DNA of 64,000 bases, from NCBI RefSeq assembly GCF_030028105.1, contig NC_092379.1:27211821-27275820 (forward strand), read 5' to 3'. The notes under the pieces are model-generated. The model worked only from the letters and a program-made list of their open reading frames with translations, did not search any database and was not told the DNA's origin. The DNA comes from Mobula birostris. Its lineage: Eukaryota. How positions within the stretch are numbered: the stretch's first letter is position 1; each line of letters starts with the position of its first letter. This document shows positions 26,101-39,445 of the stretch, piece after piece. The position numbers and the translations under genes were made by a program.

Positions 26101-29100
26101 GCAGGTCAATTTGAGATTGGACAAATTCGTTGGTGCGTTCCAATTAGTCCCTTTCCGACATAGATTTTACTGCTTCGTCTAGAACGTGCATTTCTTCAGC
26201 GTTTTCCAACACGTGTGCGTCCACCGTGGCCGCATCAGCTTCTCGTTGTAGCGGCAGCACCTCTAACTCTGTATCTATCGTTGCCTTTACCAACTGGTTT
26301 TCCGCTTCTCCGGCAGGTTTTGCCATTTTCAGTTTTGCTTCTTGGTTTCCGTGAGACGTTCGCACCTTGGCGGCTTCTGCTTTAGCTCTTGCTAGGAGAG
26401 CCACTCTTGTCGACGTCCTACTGCTCTTGGCGCTTAATGCAAGCGACCTGATGTTTAATCGCGAAACCATCGTACCAATTGTCGAAATATCTAATTATTT
26501 CGCTTTTTCACTGTAAGTGTTCTCTTGCAGTGTGTGGAAACTCTGACTAAACACCAAGTTAAACCGGAGCCAATGAAGACAGAGTCCTGGTAACGTTAAG
26601 CATTTACTGTTCGCTCTTCAGATTAACATTGTATGGTAAAAATAGAAACATATACAGCGTCTGTTTTATTCTGGAGGCCACGCGCGCTCTCTTCTTTTAG
26701 CGAGTGTATCCAGCCGCCCCGAGTAGCGAGCGAAGGAGGTCCCGTCAAACCACCGCCGGGCCCAAGCCCACCTCGCGTTTGAAATTGAAAAGCCGACACG
26801 CGCGCCACCCGATTCGCCGTCCCCAAATAGAAACCGCGATAGTATTTTTTACTTCAAATACTTTCATAGGAACCTACGGCATTGCTTCTATAATGTTTCT
26901 TCGTGCGTGAAAACACAGCTCTTCGCGATCATGTTGCAAGCATGGCACACACCTTAACATCTTCCCAAACCGGAGGTTACACATAAGACGCGGCGAAACC
27001 GGATGTGACGTCATTACATGCCGCGTTATTCCACAGACAATGAATTTACCTTTGTTATATTGTAACTTACTTATCAACCTTTAACTTTAACTCGAAAATA
27101 GTTACAAACAAATAATTTAAAGCCTAGACCCAGCCTTGTCAAATAAATGCCTTCAGGGCAACACACTCCCCGCCTGACCTTTGTAAGGTCACTATAAATT
27201 GGTATAGAAGATTAATCTCTAGATCAGTCTTTACGCAGAAGTAGAACAACTTCTGTAACTGGCCTCAGGTTTCCTTTACAGGGTTCGTTGTACAGATGTA
27301 AACCGGTTGACTGCCTGTTCTTTGCTGCTTGTAAAGCGCTGGCGTGGTTCTCTGAACGGTAGATGGGCGAGCTAGTTGTTCGCCTCGTCTCTACTGACCT
27401 TTGAGTTCATTATTTTTAAGAAGATGACGTTTTCCACAGATGGAGCAAGTTTATTATCATGCTTAGTGTGAGTGAAGACTGACAGTCCCAGTGTCTTCTC
27501 AGTTACTGTACTGTGTTCGTGCCTTTGTTGAGCTTCCTTGATACACATAACACCTGTGGAAGGCTGAGAAATTGAATGGCGACCTCTTTCTAGTACGTTA
27601 ATCTTGAGCCTGTTAACTGTCGGTTTGTGTACGTTCCAGGCCACACCGCTCGTATCACCACCCATCCCAGATCCAGACGTTGGGCGAAGAGGGCGTTGTG
27701 TAGTCCACTGACCTGCTGCCTGACTTTGTCCACCCTGAGTACGTCTCTTCCGAGCAGCAGGAGTATTTCTGTTTCCGGAACCAATTCTGGGATGTGTCTG
27801 GCAATGAGGTGGAGATGAGTCTGGTGTAGCACTGCGCTGGGATCGGAAACTCGCATCGGTTATTTAAGATCTCATTGCACTCTAAGAGTGGAGGGAGACT
27901 GATGGCGACTTTGCTATCCAGCGAGTCGAGCTGGAAGCCTTCTGCCGTCCCGCCATACGTTTCTGCGATGTCAGAGCAAGTTCTGAGGTAGAATGGGAAT
28001 GAAATACCGTTTACGCTGAACAACTCGAAGAACTCTGGTCGCACTAGTGAGCGGTTGCTCTGGTCGTCCAGAAATACATAGGCTTTGATGACCTTGTCTT
28101 TGGCTCATCTAGGGTATACCTTACTGAGGCAGTTCTTTGTGCATGAACGGCTCGAGCGACCTGGACTGCAAAATTCTGTGCAACTCGAGCTGACAATAGT
28201 TGTATCAGAGTGAAGCTTTCCCTCCGCACCTTCCTCTTGTGGGAGCGGAGGATCCTTGACAGTTTCGGGTGACGGGCCGGGATGCGTGGCTCCATCGTGA
28301 TTAGTGCTGTTACATTCCGAGAACTTTACGGGGAACGTGCACTGTTTCGCAAGGTGGGAGGTAGAGAAACAGCACTTAAAACATTTTTTTTTCATGAGAA
28401 GGGCCTTTCTTTCGTCAAAAGGTTTGTTTCAGAACATTCTGAATTTTTTGACGGAGTGGGGTTTGTTGTGCAATGGACAATTCTTTCTAGTTTCCTCGTT
28501 GATTGCAGAGACCGCTTTTATGCACTGAGACTAATTTATTGATGACAATATTGTTCGAAATGGGTTTGACTGGGTTGGTGTGCGTTGTGATTCTTGAAGC
28601 TCGGGTCGTTTCGACACTTCGCCTCCTTGCACACAAACCTACTAAAATTCTGAAAGGGAGGGAATCGACCACCGTTCTCTTCCGTGAACTCTGAGACAAT
28701 AGACACCCACCTTTCCTGCAGCCCAAATGAAAGCTTGTCCACAATTGGTCGAAATCCGCATTAGGTATCCAGATACGACAGTTCAGTTAAATAGCCGTCT
28801 TCTTTAGCACCTTGAATCTCCAAGAGTAAATCTCCGAGTTCTCGTAATTCAGTGTGGTGCTTGGATAACACCCAAGGAAAATTGTCCAGCCGTTAAAATA
28901 TCGCCCTCTCAATAATTTCAGGGTCCTCATAGCACTCCCGCAGTCTCTTCCATGCTTTGTGTAAGGCTAGCATGGGGTTGCTGACGTGCACTGAGCATAT
29001 GCATTTCACCTGTTCATTTGATTCATTTCCCAGCCATTTACTCATAAGGTCCAACTCTTGGGCTGCTGTGGCCTCAACTCCGCCGGTGCACTTGTGAAAG

Positions 29101-29265
29101 AGGAGTACCACGCACGGTAATTTTCAGGCTTATTGTCAAACTGGTACAGCTTTCAATTGACGAGGTCTCGTCCCGCTAAGTACTGGGCCAGGTGTTCTGC
29201 TGCAGGTGGCGTGCCAGCTGGAGGAATATGTTGGGGAACATATTACTGAGCGTGTACGTTCACGA
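23174..29265 (-). mobile_element. Tandem array of internally deleted BEL/Pao elements sharing LTRs
   Basis: On the minus strand: partial gag-pro (29265-27270), pol end LRPVTEVVLLLRKD* (stop at 27224), PPT caggcggggag, LTR 27165-26608, gag MVSRLNIRSLALS...RAKAEAAKVR through pro to pol end (~23840), LTR ~23783-23351, then truncated gag start. RT, RNase H and integrase core are absent. Confidence 0.85.
26608..27165 (-). repeat. BEL LTR (~558 bp)
   Basis: Begins TGTG directly after the polypurine tract ggcggggag and ends ...GAACA. Homologous to 23351-23783 and 12325-12758. Confidence 0.7.
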
Positions 29266-29630
29266 CAGTGCACCCGGTTTATTCCGTTTATAGAGGTACT
29301 GACAACGACCAAAACGTTTCCGATGATTGTTTCAGACCGCTTTTTAAATAAAGTGAAAGCCCCAATTTGGATGTCCCAAGTGCTCTGCCATTCGTATTAT
29401 AGAAATTAACGGTCTCGTTCTCTTTTTTTTTATCTGAATTAAATCAAAGGGATTCATTTAGAAATGGGAAAAAATGTTACATGGTGGGCGTTTAACATAA
29501 ACACCGTAGATAACTCTTACCACAATGAATACAGATTATTAGAAGGTCTCTACTGCGAGATGTCAGCTGTTTTTTTTTTTTTTGAGGAACGGATTCAGAC
29601 ATTCATTGTAGTCGTTCATTCACACATAAT

Positions 29631-29900
29631 ACTCTGCAGATGCTGGAGTCAACGCAGCACTCATAACATGCTGAAGGAACTGAGCAGATTGGACAGCATC
29701 CGCGGAAAAATATAGTCAAGGATTTGGGCCGGAACCCTTTCATCAGGACTGAAGAAGGAAGGGGAAGATGCCCTATAAAGAAGGTGGGGAAGGGTGGGAA
29801 GGAGAAAACTGGAAGTTTCCAGGCGAAAAAAAAAACAGTAAGGGAAAATATAAAGGGGTGGGGCAGGAGAAGCAGGCATGGGACAGGCAGGAAAGATGAA
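29631..29900. mobile_element. Penelope-like terminal repeat fragment
   Basis: ctgcagatgctgg...gaacccttt catcaggact followed by a purine-rich tract. Same family as 7703-7826. Confidence 0.5.
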
Positions 29901-32900
29901 GAAGTAAAATGTTCATTCACACATAACTCGCCAATTCATCTATTGCATTAGCCAACAATAATATTAAAATGAGTTGGGGTATGGATTGTAGCAACTGAAT
30001 TCTGTTGTAAGCAGAATGCGAGGGAGAGACTGAACTTACTTAACAGCCACACCACGGCAGGCCGGCATTGCAAACAGGTGAATTTGGAATGGTGCACCAA
30101 TTATGTCCCTCCCACATGAGAGCCATTTCTTCCGTGCCTATTTCATCCTTGGGTTCTGTGGCACGTACGATTTTTTTTCCCCATATCTCATCTGAGGCGT
30201 ATTGGTCGGTCTGTTGTTTAGATTGTACTGTCAACTACCTAAGTGATATGTGAGCTAGCCTCAATAAAGGAATCTGTTGTCTTAAATGTCCATTCCTCTT
30301 TTCAATTAGTTTTGATTCTTGCGGGTAATAAAGAATGTGACATTATTAATTCCTCCACTAGAAGCCTAAGCTTCTACAGCTTGCGACGGTAAGTGAGATC
30401 CATTGTCTAACTGTATTTTTGAAAGGCCCATTAAACCAATTAACTTCTGAAATGTCATTCAATGTGTGACCCTAATTAGCTTTGTGCAAGGAATTGCCAT
30501 TAGTAGATTTGAATGTGCAATCCATGAGAAACAAATAATTAAATCTTTGCTGTTGTGACATGGGTACAATATAATCAATCTTCCATACTTGTGCTCGAGT
30601 AGAACTTCACTTCCCCCGGTTAATCCTGATAGTCGACTTCACAGCCACTACACCTCTTTTAACATGGTAACACATATCACATATAACAATAACTTCTTTC
30701 ATCATGCCGACTGATAGACGTACACCTTCTTTGTGATATACACTTCCAAAAGATCATCTATATTACGTGCCTCTTGCCTCATCGCACATAATTCAGGTAT
30801 TTTGACATGCATTCCCGAATTTTCCGTTACAGTTAATTGTTAAAGAACATGCATAAGCGTGATCTTTTTGCGAAGCGTTTCTATTTAAATCAGTTATCTT
30901 CATTCAGCTGTTATACAAAAATGCCTGTTCCCTCATTTTTTTCCCTGTCTGCTGCGTTCGCTGCCGCCACTTTTCCATACAGATCACCATTCCATTCGTA
31001 CGTACACATGAGCACGTGTTTTTGTGCTCCTCACTCGATTCTTGTTGCAATGGGAAGCTATTAGCTACCAGTTCAGCTGTTTAGCTGTAACTGCCTTATC
31101 GCTGCTGCTGCATTACTGAACCTCTGAATGGAATCAGCGCGGCAGCTCCCAACCTTTGGCCACCGGCTTTTATGCACTGAAGCCGTACATAAATCAGGCG
31201 TGAAGTTTGCTTGCTGCATAGAACTGTTCACGCGGTAAACCTCGAGTAACAGGGGAGAGTGACACTAGTGTGGGGGTTCGGCAGTATTTTTAATGATCCT
31301 ATCCATAGGTACGTGGGCAAAACTTTCCATAAATCTGCTGATTCCTTCCTAAACCTTATTTCTCAGCTCTGTGATGTTCCACTTCCATTTCGTTATACAA
31401 GCTTACTGCCACCTACCCGCACTCTCAATATTGAATTTCTCAAACAGCACTCGCGTCACAATGGGGAGGGGCGGTCTCAAGCTTACCTGAGGTCATTTGA
31501 AACACTGGATAGCCAAAAAACGGCACTGTATGACTGGGCACCTGTATTTTCTGTGCATTCGTTACTCATTCGCGGTCCTTCATATGATTTAGTGTTTTTT
31601 CTAGGGCTTGAGCAAACCCCTACTCGCTGGATGCTGTTAGCAGAATGCCATCGGTATACCTTTCTATTTTCCTATGTTTATATCAGGCCAGCGAGCACAT
31701 TCTCTGATGCTTCACACTTTTAGTCCATGATATAGTGTAGCGCTATGCATATTTTCCCGAGGCAATCTGTTAAAGATGTGCCATCTGCTTCACATGTGCA
31801 GGTAATTTGATCCGGCATCTCTGGCGACAGCTTAATGAAAAGGAATGTGTTGATGCGATCCATTAGGATCCATTACAAAGTAGTATTGTTCTGTCCATGT
31901 TACATTCTTTCCACTGAGGTCTTTAAATCTGGGACAGCAGCAGTAAACGGAAGAGCAAAAGACCATGGAATTCGGTACCAATACTGTAAGGTCTCCATTC
32001 GATAGCACCAGTAAGCAATTTATTTAAAATGCCAAATGTGAAATTCTCCAATTGTGTACACTGGCCATCCCTCCAGCACGTATGTTCAGATAACGTGGCT
32101 ATCAGTACTGCTGCGTTTACCAGCAATTTCAATGTGTGTTGCTTGAAATTCAAGCATCTGCAGATTTCCTCCTGTTCGTGCTCTCAGACCTGACGCTTTC
32201 ATGGGTAGTCCCACCTGAATAGCCAATAGATTGGTTGTTTCACGTGCATATATTGTTCTCCCTCGTAAACTGTCCAGTCACATCTCAGGCCCTTGAAAAC
32301 AGTCAGCGTTTCCACTTGCAATCGACCATTCGGCAGCCCTTTCTAATACAACATGAGCCTGTCGATTTGTTTCCAGCTGTCTGCAACGTCATATGCTCAA
32401 ACACGCATCAACCCTACCGTTATTCCATTCCAGTTATGACTACCACGTGGCACAGGTTGAAAAACAGCGATGGCTACTTTGGATGGCCTGCTCTTCGGAC
32501 TCTTTCCGACATCTGTAGACTTGCAGCGCATAAGCTCTTTATGCTTTCTGTCTAACTCTTTGTTATCAACGTGCACCACATACGGTTTGCCTCGTTGGAA
32601 AAGCACATTAACAGTATGATGTAGAACTCGATTTCTTTACGGTAATTACAACAGGATACATTGAACTTCTGCATAGTCGTTTAGGTTTACAGTGCAGGTA
32701 TTCTACTGCTACTGTGTGCAACGGAAACGATAATTAGCGAAAACGCGGTGGCATTTGGATAGTGAATATAAATACATATATTAAAGGTATGTGGGTAAAA
32801 ATAACTCGACGTAGCTAGTTGCGAAGTTGGAAAGCCAGACTATAAATTTACTGATCTCCAGATTATTGCCTCTGTTACGGACCACTGAAGGTAAGTAGAA

Positions 32901-33015
32901 TGAAATTGCAGTTAAATGTGTGACTGTTAATTCATGTTTTGGGCAGTACCTCAGGATTTTAGTTCGTTGGACATATGAAGGAAGGGGGAAAAATTGAGCT
33001 TTTGGAAGGTGTTTC

Positions 33016-34395
33016 TGTCACAGTCCGTTTCGTGAAGTCCGCATTGCGGTTCACGGTCAGGTCCGTGGACTCAAGACTCCGGGTCTTCAATCTGTCCCTT
33101 TTTTTTCGGTTGGGTTAATCATTGGCACTTGATTCCCATTTTGGGGCTCGGAATATAAGTAGCCTTGGTGGACGAGAGTGGGCTGCTGGTTTGTCTTGTC
33201 AAGATTCCCTGGGATCAACTAGCCGGTTGAAGGCTAGAACGGACACCTGCCATCTTTAGGGCGCGTTGGAGAACCATAGCTTCATGGAGCCTTGCTGTCG
33301 GTTTTCGGAGCTGTCTTTGCGGTATGTATTGGGCCTTTATTCTGGACCAGCTGAGTGGCCATCAGCCACTCCAGGCTAGGTAGGGGTCCGGCTGCTTCCC
33401 TAGTCAGCCGAGGTTTCTGACCGTAACTGCGACTCGGAGCAACCGCGATGCAGAGATAGAACTGTCTGTCATTCTTCGGTGTTTGTCTGTTCTTGTCGTC
33501 GCCTCCGTGAGGTAAGTCAGGCCGTTCTGCCGTTCTCTGTGCAGGGAGCTGTCTTGTGTTTTCCTCGCTTCCGTGGGGTAAATCATCCCGTTCTGCCATT
33601 GCCCTGCGGGGGGGGTGGGGGGAGGGAATCTGGCTTTTCTTGTCCTCGCCACCATGGGTTAAGTCAGGCCGTTTTGTCGTTGCCCTGCGAGGGGACACGT
33701 CTTGACTTGTCGTTGCCTCTGCCGGCCGTTCTGCCCTTACCCGACGGATGGATCTGTCCCACCTTGGTGTGGAGATAAAGATGAGTCGAAGGATAAGTCC
33801 CGGCTCTTTGTTATGTTCAGTTCCCTGTCTGTCTCCGAGCTCCGGCCTCCGTGTTATCAGCCTCTGCATTTCAAGACCCTAGCCTGCAGCCTCAAGCCTC
33901 AAGATCCCAGCCTGCAGCCTCAAACCCCAAGAGCCCAGCCTGCAGCCTGAAGCCCCAATCCCCCAGCCTGCAACCTCAACCCTCAAACCTCAACACCCAA
34001 GACCCCAGCCTCAAGCTTCAGGACCCAAGACCCGAGACCCCAGCCTCAAGCCTTAAGACCCAAGACACCAGCCTCAAGTCTCAAGACCGCAGCCTCGTCC
34101 TGTACTGTAGCCATGTCATGCCCTTGCCTAGTCCTGGAATCCGAGCCCGAGACGGGACCCAGGTTCTGGGTCCTTGTTCAATCTCTGGCTCGGAGTCTAA
34201 GCACAGGCTCCTAGTTCATGGTTTCCTCGTCCTGGTTCCGCTTTCCCAAGCCCATCTCCTAGTTCATAGTACCTTGTCCGGTTTGCCTGTTTCTTGTCCA
34301 TGTCCTATCTCAGGTCCTGCATCCTAGTCCTGTCCCTCGTAATTCAGTGTCTGTGTCCTGCATTTGGGTCCGTCCCTAACGCCCCCACTGTGACA
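33016..34395. mobile_element. Solo LTR (1380 bp), related family, independent insertion
   Basis: TGTCA...TGACA termini with 5-bp TSD GTTTC (33011-33015, 34396-34400). The first ~150 bp and last ~60 bp are similar to 10237-11673, and it has an internal cccagcctgcagcctcaag-type minisatellite. Confidence 0.85.
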
Positions 34396-35694
34396 GTTTC
34401 TTTCTTCACATTTTTGTACTGGCAATGAAACATTACGATCTTGAATAAGCTTGACGATGCATCTTGTAAAAAAGGGAAAGGTTACGACTGAACTCGAGCC
34501 GACCAATATCCTTACGATCAGATTTATAAAGCAGCTGGAGTGGTTCAATTATGCCCGCACTGGAACGGAAATCAGAGTGAAAGGGCAGGGGATAGACTAG
34601 TTATTGTAAAGGTAAATGTGGAGAAAAAGCTTCCTGTGGAAGTATAGGCAGTGGATGGATTATGATTGCTTTCCGTTCGGAACAACCAAAATATCATCTT
34701 ATGTTTTCGATATTTACTGCTTATTTATAATTATGTTTTCGTATGTTTACGTTGTCATTTATTGTCTTCTACCCTCCAGTTGATTTTTATTGATTTTGTT
34801 ATTCTTAATATTCTATAGACTTGTTGCGTATCCGCTTGGGAATTGTACCTCAGTATTTCATTGGTTGACATATATGTTCTTTGAGATTATGTTTCTTTAA
34901 AACTTAGAACTTCGATTTTCCCACCTATTTTTCGAAGACTAGTATCACCAAGAATACAAGGACATGATGTTGTAAGGCCCTTCATTAACTCTGGCAAACA
35001 CGATTATAGCGGTCATCTGTTCCAGCCATCCATAAAATGTCGACACTTCATTTTGCTATCGCCTAAATGGCTCAATTGCGAAATGACATCTCCCTGGATC
35101 TATGTTCGTGTCTGGACTATCTGGATAATGCAATCCAGGGCATCAGACTCCGATGTATCCACTCCTACTTGTTCACTGCCTCTATTTCATCTTCTGTCGT
35201 TTTTGCTTGCAGCTCATTTTTTTTTTCTCTTCCTGTGCATCTTCTCAGTTTTGGACCAAATACGACCTGCAGTTTTTACTGTACAGAATAATCCAGAATT
35301 TGCATTTTGGTTAAGATATATTAATTGTTTTCTTTATCTCACGTCCAACAGCAATAATTATTATTATTTTTTTTCATTCTACTGTATCATCGGTTGGTGA
35401 TGAGTAGAGTGGCAATCAATTTTACCAGTGAGTATCCAAAGGAATACCAGTTTTCACCAGCAGCTCCGCCCTCTTTACCCACCAAGTATCTATTTCACCG
35501 GGTGACACATACTTCAGATGGATTGGTCCATTGGCTGTGACTAGCGTAGAGATAATCACGAGGTTAAATTTAAAATTTCAAAGCACATATGCTATATAAA
35601 CATCTATTCGGTACGTTATCCTACGCTGCAGTGACATTGCTTTCGTTGCAAGTTTTCAAAGAATAACTAAATACAAAAAAAAACAACAAAGAAC

Positions 35695-35695
<1 letters not shown>

Positions 35696-35732
<37 letters not shown>
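35696..35732. repeat. (CA)n microsatellite
   Basis: Direct inspection. Confidence 0.95.
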
Positions 35733-35733
<1 letters not shown>

Positions 35734-37254
35734 GAACTGAAAAAAAGAACACTCATTATTCAATATCATCCAACGTGTGTGAACAGAAATTGTGTAAATA
35801 CATAATGATAAACATAAAAAAAATACTAAGTATATGAACTGTATGTTATTGAAATAGGACTGCATAGGCCTTGGAATCTGTATTTTTTTTTTTTGTAAAA
35901 TCAGTGCAGACGTCCGCGTTGGTTCAGGAGCCGAATGGTTGAATGGTAATTATGGCTGAAGGAATAGACAGCGGTATAGACGAAGGGAGAGAAAGAGTTT
36001 TTAACTAATAACGGGCTCTAGCACTGATCCAGATAATAGTGTGAATTGAGACAAAAGAGATTGAAGTGCACGTTTTCCTTCTTTTTTGATGATGTATACT
36101 AAGTGGAGCTGTATTTATCACGGTCCTGTCTTTTCTTGAAACTATTGCTGCCTCTTTTGGAAGGCATCCGCACTCTGGGTGCACTCACTCCACACACTCA
36201 TTTCTTCTACTTCATACTTTCGCTTTAATCTTGTGTATTTGTCAATGCTTGCACAACGTCACAGTGCATCTGATCGAACACATGAGATGAGTGTTTCCTC
36301 AATGCACTCATAAAATTATCAATACAGAAAAATATGTTGTATTAAATTTGAAAAGGAGGGGTTCCCTCAGTATTTACAAATGTAAATATAGGTTGTAAGA
36401 GGGTCACAAGGAAGCCATGCCAGGAAGTAGTTAGTTGGAATCCTTATAACGTGAAAACAGTCAACTGATCCCGTTGTAAGAAAAATAAACCATCCATATC
36501 CGTCAAATGCTACATAAATTACAACAGCTTCAATGCACCCGAAGAGTCTTGCTTTCCATCTCTAGACATGCAAAGTATTTGGCAAGTGATCTACTTTTGC
36601 CACGTCCATCGTGTGGCAGTGAATATATTTTGTTTCCGTAACATTCAGGCAAGCAGTTCATTCATGAATCCACCAAGATGGCAAAAAAAAAAAAAAAAAA
36701 AAAAATACAATGTATAACGTACGAATGCTGTACCTAAGGAATTCTAGTGCTGGTAGTCGTTCACGATTCTAATCAGTGCTAAAAAGTAGCGTCTCTTGAA
36801 GTTTGTTGTTCATCTAGTCACGGTTTTCAGTCATCTGCAGATGAGAGTCTGAAGAAGAGCTGATATCCGGCACTGCAGTAGCCCTAAAAAGAATTGAATG
36901 CATTCCCGAGACACCAGCACTGCTAGACGAATATAATTGAAGTTTTGTTGCTCTATGTAATTTATTTGGCGACACTCACAACTCGCTTTCGTTTCCGTCT
37001 CTAGCTTTTGTGTATCATGCTGGATCCTTTCTAAGGTGTCCTTGAACAAACATAGTAAGAGTAGTCGCTAAAATGCTATAGTAGTTAACCGTATTGGGAG
37101 TAGCTGTCCTGGCGTTCGAATTAGTCCAAACAGCCCAAGTGACTGAACGACGAAAACAGTCAACCATACTTAGACCTCGGACCTCTACAGATTCAACCAT
37201 TCCCCAAAAGCAAAAGTGATAGGATAGGAAGTGATATATTACCATAGTTTCCAC

Positions 37255-37545
37255 AATCTACATGGTGCTCCTACCACCACACACACACATGCAAGTTGAC
37301 TTCCTACCTGTAAAACCCGCCAAATTCCTCACGGGTCGCTCTCTTCGTGATCCGCTTGTACTTTTGACCCTCCCTACTGACCCTCCTGGCTCATATCCAT
37401 ACAAGCTTAATACATGCTACACCTGTCAGTTTACCTCCGCATCAGCACCACACAGGAAAGAAACCAAATTATCATTCCAGTTGAGGAAACACTTTACTGA
37501 CAAATATGTTGGGGTGATTCCTTACAAGGTGTGTGTGAAAATAGT
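37255..37545 (+). mobile_element. Penelope-like element remnant (region leading into the GIY-YIG endonuclease)
   Basis: PPGSYPYKLNTCYTCQFTS...SFQLRKHFT..VGVI matches the recalled Penelope PGT.PC...C.TC...FQVR.HFTC..GV.Y motif. Confidence 0.65.
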
Positions 37546-37849
37546 TACATTTTAATCAGGGCGGCAATAGAATTTTGGAGGTATACTTCCACGGCTGCAT
37601 TGTTCTCATTACAGGAACGACCAATCAGAAAAAAAAAAAGATTCATTAGAAAAGATCAATGAGAATACATCAAGTGCAAGCAGAGCGGCTTTTCTTTGGA
37701 TGGGCATGATATAAAGTGCACCGATGTTCAGAGTTTCGTTGGCCGTTCAGGCTCAGGCGATATAATGCTAGGATGAGGTATATTGTCTTCTAAGTTCCTC
37801 ACTATCGGTATTTCTTCATTCCACGTCTGTTAACGCAAGGTGGATAAGT

Positions 37850-39445
37850 TAGAATGGATACAGATACAGTGACTGGTACACTGTCTAGAATGTGGGACTG
37901 TCTGTGTCCCAGATACACATGTGTTCACAACTTCACTAAAATGGAAATTACGATAGAACGTATTAAGGACATGGAGCTGCAGTTCAATAATCTTGGACTC
38001 ATATGGGGAATTGAAGAGGTGATGGACATGAGCTACAAAGAAGTTAATAATATTTTGTTCCCAGGTTTCAGGAGAAGAAAGAAAAAAATCACAACAGTGC
38101 AAAGTACAAGTGTAGCCCCACCCCTCCATTATAACTTCAAACGCAATTGATGTCGAAAACCTAACAGGGGAGAGCTAGAGTAACAGGGCTCTGGCACCGA
38201 GTCTGGTGCTGTGGCTCAGAAGAGCATCGAGATGAAGAGGATTGCAGCGTTGGTAAGAGTCCATAATTTGCTGAAAGGCATCGGGTAGAATATCTTGTTT
38301 CATATTGACGAGATGAGAAGGTACTGAAGCGAGAATTTAACGAGCTTTGTATAAGTTTGTAAATCCAAGAAATAGAACCTCCAGCGTATTAATCTCGGAA
38401 TTCCTGTCTGTGCCACATGCAATTAGTGTAAAACTAGATTCATTTGGCAGGTGAATGTGCGGCTAATGAACTGATGAAAGGGACAGGATTTAACAATTAT
38501 GGATCATTGGGATTTCATCTGTCAGATGTATAAACTATATAAATGGTACGGGTTACAACTGATTCCTAGGGTATCAAATACCCTTGCCAGATGTTGGTTA
38601 GAGTTGTCCGGGTTAATTAAAGTAACTCAGCAGGACGGTGTGAACCTGAGCGATAATTCTGAAAATGAAGTAGTCAGTTTACAAACGCAGGCAATGTATC
38701 TTGAGATCCCAAGACAGGAGAGGTTGATGATGGGGAACCGTGCAGTCGACAGAATGTTACACAATGTATGAGTGGTACAAAACACGTAAAGAAATGAATT
38801 TCTTTATTTCAATGCGTATGATATACACTTATAGCAAAGTTATAGACCGGCATGTCTGATGTTGTACGGAAGGTGAATCAGGCCGAAATATGATTATAGC
38901 TGGGAGCTTTATGTCCAAGCATACATTTTGATTCGAGAACTCAGGCATCCTGATAATTTTCCACACACACACTGGGAATCCCATACTGTAAAAGGGCAGG
39001 TTAGTTTGGAGTTTGCAAAGTGTGTGCAAGATAGTGTTTTGCAGCAATACATAGAGGTACCAGCTAGGGAATGGGCAGTGTTGGATCTCTTGTTACGGAA
39101 TGAAATAGGTCAGGTAACGGAGGTATGTGTTGGGAAGCACGTCGGGTCCAGTGATCACAATGCCATTAGTTTCAATATAATTATGGAGAGGGACAGGTCT
39201 GGACGCCGTTTTTTTTTATCCGAGAAAGGTAAACTTTGAGGAGATGCGAAAGGATTTAGAAGGAGTGGATTGGGACAAATTGTTTTATGGGAAGGATGTA
39301 ATAGAGAAATGGATGTCATTTAAAGTGTAATTTTGAGGGTACAGAATGTTAGGTTGAAGGGAAAGGTTAAAAGTTCAAGAAAGCCATAGTTTTCAAGGAA
39401 TATTCGAAACTGTTTCGGAAAAAGAGAGTTATCTACAATAAATAT
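37850..39445 (+). mobile_element. CR1 LINE remnant (ORF1 and ORF2 endonuclease)
   Basis: ORF1-like ELQFNNLGLIWGIEEVMDMSYKEV and endonuclease-like QQYIEVPAREWAVLDLLL...GSSDHNAISFNI. Many stops. Confidence 0.75.

Noticed and set aside
33282-33869. 195-aa and 158-aa ORFs
   Set aside because: They lie inside a GC-rich solo LTR and minisatellite where stops are scarce by composition.
36260-36266. Perfect heptamer CACAGTG (also 40193-40199 and 49500-49506)
   Set aside because: No nonamer at 12 or 23 nt, and two of the three are inside repeats.
37003-37095. Minus-strand NTVNYYS resembling DTAxYYC, with nonamer-like ACAAAAGCT
   Set aside because: The only CAC is at a 20-nt spacer and far from the motif, and there is no W at the expected distance.
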